A stretch of DNA of 62,938 nucleotides, counting the filler, from Octopus bimaculoides (taxonomy: Eukaryota): the NCBI RefSeq assembly GCF_001194135.2. It is 8 parts of 5 records of this genome, joined end to end, with 100 filler letters (N's around TTAATTAATTAA, not from the genome) between each part and the next. Parts side by side here need not be neighbours in the genome. Positions count along the whole stretch, not along the records: positions 51,510 to 59,390 come from NC_068982.1; positions 59,491 to 62,938 come from NC_068983.1; 6 more parts are not named here. One strand, 5' to 3'. Position numbers and translations under genes: made by a program. This document shows positions 55,872-62,938 of this stretch, piece by piece (position 1 is the stretch's first letter; each line of letters opens with the position of its first letter). The notes below the pieces were generated by a model. That model worked only from the letters and a program-made list of their open reading frames with translations, did no database searches and was not told where the DNA came from.

Positions 55872-56672
55872 TATTCCTTTCTACTCTAGGCAAAAGGCCT
55901 GACATTTTGGGGGAAGGGGCCAGTCGGTTAGATCGGCTCTCAGTACGCAACTGGTACTTAATTAATCGACCCCGAAAGGATGAAAGGCAAAGTCGACCTC
56001 GGCGGAATTTGAACTCGTAGCGGAGACGAAATACCGCTAAGCATTTCACTCGGCGTACTAACGTTTCTACCAGCTCACCGCCCAAAATTTTGGGGGAAGG
56101 GGCCAGTCGGTTAGATCCACCCCAGTACGCAACTGGTACTTAATTTATCGACTCCGAAATGATGAAAGACAAAGTCGACCTAGGCGGAATTTGAACTCAG
56201 AATGTAAAGACAGACGAAATACCTAATTCTTTACTGCCCACAAGGGGCTACACACAGAGGGGAAACACAAGGACAGACAAACGGATTAAGTCGATTACAT
56301 CGACCCCAGTGCGTAACTGGTACTTAATTTATCGACCCCGAAAGGATGAAAGGCAAAGTCGACCTCGGCGGAATTTGAACTCAGAACGTAACGGCAGACG
56401 AAATACCGCTAAGCATTTCACTCGGCGTGCTAACGTTTCTTATTTCTTTATTGCCCACAAGGGGCTACACACAAAGGGGACAAACAAGGGCAGATAAACG
56501 GACTAAGTCGATTATATCGACCCCAGTGCGTAACTGGTACTTATTTAATCGACCCCGAAACGATGAAAGGGAAAGTCGACCTCGACGGGATTTGAACTCA
56601 GAACGTAACGGCACACGAAATACCGCTAAGCATTTTGTCCGGCGTGTTAACGTTTCTGCCAGCTCGCCGCCT
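55872..56672 (-). mobile_element. Array of four type-1 SINEs (two tail A, two tail B)
   Basis: Copies start ~55872, 56083, 56222 and 56440. CpGs are largely intact. Confidence 0.93.
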
Positions 56673-57004
56673 TCACATAATCAAATATTACCATGACAAA
56701 GACTCCTTGAATATAAACAACATACACTTAATGTTCTCCACCACTTGCGACATAAATGACTAAAGTAATAAGTTACGCAAAGGTGAAAATCACTACCACC
56801 ATCAGCATTCTATCACCAAGTTATCTTTGTAACCGACTTTCTGTATATGGTTACATTTAGGAGGGAGGATGGCCTATTGCATAAGTTCTTAGGCTCACTA
56901 CCATAAACTAGCGGTTTCGATTCCTAAGCATGGAGGTGCATTCAGTCCTAGTTGTGAGTACATTTTACGTGGTTCCAGAGTAACCAGGTTAAAATATGAG
57001 CGCG

Positions 57005-57405
57005 GGCGCGGCTATATGGTAAGAAGATTTCTTCTCAACCACATGGTTTAGTTTTACTGCCTGACACCTTGGGCAAGTGTCTTCGAACGTAACCTCCGAC
57101 CATAGCCTTGTGAGTGTATTTGGTAGACAGAAACTGAAAGAAGCTCATTGAATATATATATGTGTGTGTGCGTGTGTGTTTGTATGAGTGTGTTTGTTTG
57201 TTTGTTCCCCACCGCTGCTTGACAATCAGTGTTGGCAGCGATTGTAAGACCCCGTAACACTTGCGGTTCAACAAAAGAGACTGACAGGATAAGTACAGGG
57301 CTTCAAGAAAGGGTATGTACAGGGGTCTATTCGTTCGAATAATTTTTTTCAAGGCGGTACACCAGCATGGCCCCACTCTAATAAATGAAACGAGTAAAAA
57401 ATACA
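57005..57405 (+). mobile_element. Type-2 SINE; head-only copy at ~55620-55760
   Basis: CCTTGGGCAAGTGTCTTC, GAAACTGAAAGAAGC and tail CCAGCATGGCC. Confidence 0.85.
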
Positions 57406-58265
57406 GATCAAATGTTGCTTCGTATTTCTCACCCAACAACTTTTACATCAATGTTTTAAGACTAGGTGAAGAATGATGGAGCTGTGAGAATATATATATA
57501 TATATATATATCTGCTCTCCACGCAATAAGATAGGTGCCAAAACCAATTAGCGAAAGCATGGTACTAACTATCATGTTCACCTCAATTCCGTGTGTCGGC
57601 CGTAGTTTTACTTTATCTACGAATCTGATTGTCTTTAGAGCCGTCTACTTTTCTATTAAATGTAACGCCTATTTTCCCGCGTCTAATCACATACATATAT
57701 ACGTTTTGTTATATCATAACAGTGATGTGTAACTGTGTATTTCAGAACGATAAAGTAGTATGTAAACATATTCTCAACAGAAAGTTTAGTGAAATCAGTG
57801 TTGTTCATCCAGATTAAATCATTTTGTCATCTAATCGTCTGGCGAGCTAACAGAGTGTACAAGGTCAAGAAATACAAGTTGGCCATTCTGTGTCTAGATC
57901 TGAGTCCAATCTTTAGCTGTCTTGTCTGGAAACCAGAAAGCAAGGTGAATGATGCGATGTTAATGAGGTTATGGTTATTAATTGATTAAAGTTTTGAATA
58001 TCTACGCAAATGGAATATGATCAATAGTTTCATGACTAAAAGCTAAGTGGTGATGGAGAAAGAAGAAAGAAAAAAAAATCAATAAGATGAGAATTATAAT
58101 GTGAAATATATCCATTTTTCGAATTCATGACATGTTTACGAGGAAATCACTTAAATTCCATTGCAATATTCGAATAGCGTTGTATCATCATTAGTGTATT
58201 ATGTTATAGAAACACATACTGTTACACTCACTCAGTTATAGAACGCACTTATGGAACCACACACA

Positions 58266-58332
<67 letters not shown>

Positions 58333-58535
58333 ACACGCAAACACACACACAGAAATACACACTCACATATATGCATATACACTTATAATACAATGTATAT
58401 ATATATGTACATATGTTTACTTATATATAGAGGTATATATATATATATATACATATATACACGCACACGCATTCACACACATGGAAATATTTATGCATAT
58501 ATATAAATTATACATGCGCACATATAGACACTCAC

Positions 58536-58575
<40 letters not shown>

Positions 58576-59923
58576 TATGGACACACACGAATATATATAT
58601 ATCAAATTCAAGCAGTTTTATTTGTATATTTTACATCATTGTCTCTGTACACAAATATATCATATTTGTATATTTATATCTGTATCTACGTGCAGGTGTC
58701 TTTTGTTTTATTAATGTGTGTGAGTCACTGTATAAAGAACGAGAATGAACTCAGAGACGTCAGTAGCATTTGAACTACAAAGACGAATATGTTATATTCT
58801 TGCTTTATTGAATTCTTCGCTTCCAAAGACATAGAAGAATCGCTTGGTGGCAACTGGGACCAACTCCAAATGCGAAAGGGAAATGATTTTAAGATCAAGT
58901 GCACAGAAAATTTGGACACACGCACACAAACACACACACAGATACACATACACAAGCAGCACTACTAGCATAGATATAGACAAGGAATATAACACATTGC
59001 GCTTTACACACCACAACATGAACGCATTTTGATGGATTTCTATAGACCATCATCGAGGCATTCGCCTATCACCACCATCCCTAACTTTACCAAATTTGGC
59101 GCCATATAAACCATTGATATCATCAATATCATTACACCGTTCAGGCGCCATTATAAGCCCTCAAAATATCATGTGTGTAACGTGTCAGCCCTAACGCATG
59201 CAGCCACTTCTGTGATTTTTTAACTCGCCATTACATATTTCTCTTTATAACACTACATTTATTCTGCATAGCACCAGTAGTAACAAACAACGCTATGTTC
59301 GAGCCAACATATATCTTGTCGATGGACTTGCAGCTCTGGATAATGTGCATATATGTTTGTATGTATGGTTATATATATATATATATATATNNNNNNNNNN
59401 NNNNNNNNNNNNNNNNNNNNNNNNNNNNNNNNNNTTAATTAATTAANNNNNNNNNNNNNNNNNNNNNNNNNNNNNNNNNNNNNNNNNNNNTATATATATA
59501 TACATATATATATATACATATATATATATACATGTATATACACACATACACATGTATATTTACATATACATACACCTGTATATAGGACCGTGACCAATAT
59601 ATAAATAGGTAGGTACAGAGCTACGCATGTGCTTCTTGTACGTGTGTGAGGGAGACAGCATGTGTACGCATTTTGTATGTCATATACATTTTTATATATA
59701 CATTGGGCCACATATATGTTGCTGTCTGAATGTGGAAGCGAGAGATTGAGGAAGGGAGGGAATGTAAGGCGATATGAAACATTCACACATGCATGCCTAC
59801 GCGCGTGCTAGATATATATATTTATGCATATACGTGTGTGTGTGTATGTGTGTGTGTGTGTGTGTGTTTGTGTATGCGTGTATACATGTATAAATATATG
59901 TATGTATATATATATATATACAT

Positions 59924-59985
<62 letters not shown>

Positions 59986-60756
59986 TGATGCGTGTTTTTA
60001 TATTTATGTGCATGCGTATGTGTGTATATATGTATAGATGTACATTATTATTTATGTGAACGCATATAAGTATGCATATTTATATACATATAATACACAT
60101 ACACACATGTTATATATATATATTTGTGTGAATGTTCCTATGTGTGTGTATATGTGTATAAATGCATATATATATATATATATANNNNNNNNNNNNNNNN
60201 NNNNNNNNNNNNNNNNNNNNNNNNNNNNNNNNNNNNNNNNNNNNNNNNNNNNNNNNNNNNNNNNNNNNNNNNNNNNNNNNNNNNNNNNNNNNNNNNNNNN
60301 NNNNNNNNNNNNNNNNNNNNNNNNNNNNNNNNNNNNNNNNNNNNNNNNNNNNNNNNNNNNNNNNNNNNNNNNNNNNNNNNNNNNNNNNNNNNNNNNNNNN
60401 NNNNNNNNNNNNNNNNNNNNNNNNNNNNNNNNNNNNNNNNNNNNNNNNNNNNNNNNNNNNNNNNNNNNNNNNNNNNNNNNNNNNNNNNNNNNNNNNNNNN
60501 NNNNNNNNNNNNNNNNNNNNNNNNNNNNNNNNNNNNNNNNNNNNNNNNNNNNNNNNNNNNNNNNNNNNNNNNNNNNNNNNNNNNNNNNNNNNNNNNNNNN
60601 NNNNNNNNNNNNNNNNNNNNNNNNNNNNNNNNNNNNNNNNNNNNNNNNNNNNNNNNNNNNNNNNNNNNNNNNNNNNNNNNNNNNNNNNNNNNNNNNNNNN
60701 NNNNNNNNNNNNNNNNNNNNNNNNNNNNNNNNNNNNNNNNNNNNNNNTATTTGTAG

Positions 60757-60921
60757 TTGCTGTGCGATAAGAAACTTACTTCCCAACCACAATAATCTGG
60801 GTTCAGTACCACTGCGTAGTACCTTGGGCAAGTGTCTTATACTGTAACCTCGGGCCGACCAAAGCCTCACAATTGGATTTGTTGGAAGGAAACTGAAAGA
60901 AGCCCGTCGTATGTGTTTGTT

Positions 60922-60954
<33 letters not shown>

Positions 60955-61400
60955 ATGTGTGCTAGTGTTTGTATGCGTTCGTGTGTGTCGTGTGTGTTTG
61001 TCCTTCTGACTGATTTTGTCTCCGCATCACCGTTTCACAACTGGTGATGGTGTGTTTACGGCCCCGTAATTTAAAGGTTCTGCAAAAGAAGCCGATTGAA
61101 TAAGTACTAGGCTGTAAAATAATAGGCCCTGGGCACCATTTGTTCGACTAAAACACTTCATGGCGGTGCTCGAGCATGGCTGCAGTCAAATAACTGAAAC
61201 AAGTTGAATAATAGAAATATAAAATAATATACAGGCATGGCAGTGTGGTAAGAAAGCTCGCTTCCCAATCCATTGGTTTAGAGTTCAGTTCCACTGCGTT
61301 GTACATCGGACAATCGTCTTCTACTATACACTTAAGTGGACCAAAACCTTTCCAGTGGGATTGAAAGGTAGACACTAAAAGAAGCGCATCTGTAAACGTA
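60757..61400 (+). mobile_element. Type-2 SINE followed by a second type-2 head; tail fragment at ~62440-62620
   Basis: Same diagnostic blocks as 31860-32272. Confidence 0.85.
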
Positions 61401-61434
61401 TAGATATATGCATATGTGTATATATGTTTATATA

Positions 61435-61506
<72 letters not shown>

Positions 61507-61927
61507 TATACATATATGCATACGTACATCCCCCTACATACATATATGTGTGTGTGTGTGTGTTTATGTGTGTGTGTGTGTAACGATGTCTCACTTGAAT
61601 GAGTATGTGATACAGCTGATTAATATTCAAATCAGCTAGATGCACATCAAGGTACGTTAGGACAGTTCTCCAGCAGGAACACATGTCGGACTGGCATTTG
61701 ATGAGAATAATGCTTTAATGAATAAATTTTGAAGATGTATAATTCTGCATTCGCCTTTATGATCGCTTGCGTGTTTTTATATGTGTGTCCTCATGCATAA
61801 ATGCATATACATTTGTGTGTGTTTATATATATATACATGTATGTATGTATATATATATGTGTGTGTGTGAATATATATGTATGTATATATACATATACAT
61901 TTATATATATACATATACATACATACA

Positions 61928-61965
<38 letters not shown>

Positions 61966-62348
61966 NNNNNNNNNNNNNNNNNNNNNNNNNNNNNNNNNNN
62001 NNNNNNNNNNNNNNNNNNNNNNNNNNNNNNNNNNNNNNNNNNNNNNNNNNNNNNNNNNNNNNNNNNNNNNNNNNNNNNNNNNNNNNNNNNNNNNNNNNNN
62101 NNNNNNNNNNNNNNNNNNNNNNNNNNNNNNNNNNNNNNNNNNNNNNNNNNNNNNNNNNNNNNNNNNNNNNNNNNNNNNNNNNNNNNNNNNNNNNNNNNNN
62201 NNNNNNNNNNNNNNNNNNNNNNNNNNNNNNNNNNNNNNNNNNNNNNNNNNNNNNNNNNNNNNNNNNNNNNNNNNNNNNNNNNNNNNNNNNNNNNNNNNNN
62301 NNNNNNNNNNNNNNNNNNNNNNNNNNNNNNNNNNNNNNNNNNNNNNNN

Positions 62349-62384
<36 letters not shown>

Positions 62385-62869
62385 GTGTGTGTGTGTATGT
62401 ATGTATATGTATGTATGTCTGTATGAAAGTGTGTGTGTACCATTGTTTTTGTGCTTGTCACCACCACACAGCATCGATTTGTTTACGATCCCGTAATACG
62501 AGACGCACAGGAGATGTACCAGAATTTTTTAAAATATACTTCAATCAAATTATTCAGCTAAACCCCCTTCAACACCGAAACGCTGCATGGTTGCCGTCCA
62601 ATGATTGGTGCAAGTAAAAGGACAATAAATAATGGCATTATAGATATCATATATAATGGCAGTGCCACATGCACAAAATTAACAATCTAAGAATTAAAAA
62701 CTTTTCAAAACTTTTTTGCATTCCAAGTTATAAAATTTGCATATATAGAACTTCAATTGAGCAATTTACAAAAGGACAAGGGTACATGTATGTGTCTTAG
62801 TGTGTGGGTATGTGTTTCTATGAGTGCATGTGTGTACGAATGTGTGTGTGTATACGTGATTATATATAT

Positions 62870-62917
<48 letters not shown>

Positions 62918-62938
62918 GTCTATCTATATATGTATATA

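Noticed and set aside
55872-56672. CRISPR-like array
   Set aside because: Units are ~140-230-bp SINE copies with no unique spacers, in a eukaryotic context.
57813-57944. 132-nt phase 0-0 open frame with AG/GT ends
   Set aside because: Weak donor (GTGAAT), phase incompatible with the permease exon, no homology; expected by chance.

Overview
AT-rich eukaryotic DNA, very likely from an octopus draft assembly. The species is inferred from the SINE families, the extreme microsatellite load and the gap style; the sequence does not prove it. Seven artificial 44N+TTAATTAATTAA+44N linkers cut the window into eight separately assembled blocks, and many other N gaps sit inside microsatellites. Nearly all supplied ORFs are microsatellite, N-gap or retroelement artefacts. 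The supportable content is as follows. (1) Three well-supported and one tentative plus-strand internal exons (39972-46165) of a multi-pass amino-acid-permease-like gene. They lie only in block 34.7-47.3 kb, whose repeats show CpG-specific decay consistent with gene-body methylation. (2) A decayed, near full-length R4/Dong-like RLE non-LTR retrotransposon (7.6-11.3 kb) and four 3' fragments, all ending in microsatellites. (3) RTE, RTE-X and CR1-like LINE relics and one young RTE fragment. (4) Two mariner relics and several hAT/mariner MITEs. (5) Many tRNA-derived SINEs of three types, some nested with TSDs. (6) Penelope-type minimal hammerhead-ribozyme motifs, one followed by three tandem hairpins. 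(7) Two large fold-back structures. There are no tRNA or rRNA genes, no CRISPR array and no intact autonomous element. I found no convincing new biological system. The best leads are the hammerhead/hairpin module, the methylation footprint and the permease gene. Family assignments come from remembered motifs and need database confirmation. Repeat boundaries are approximate.
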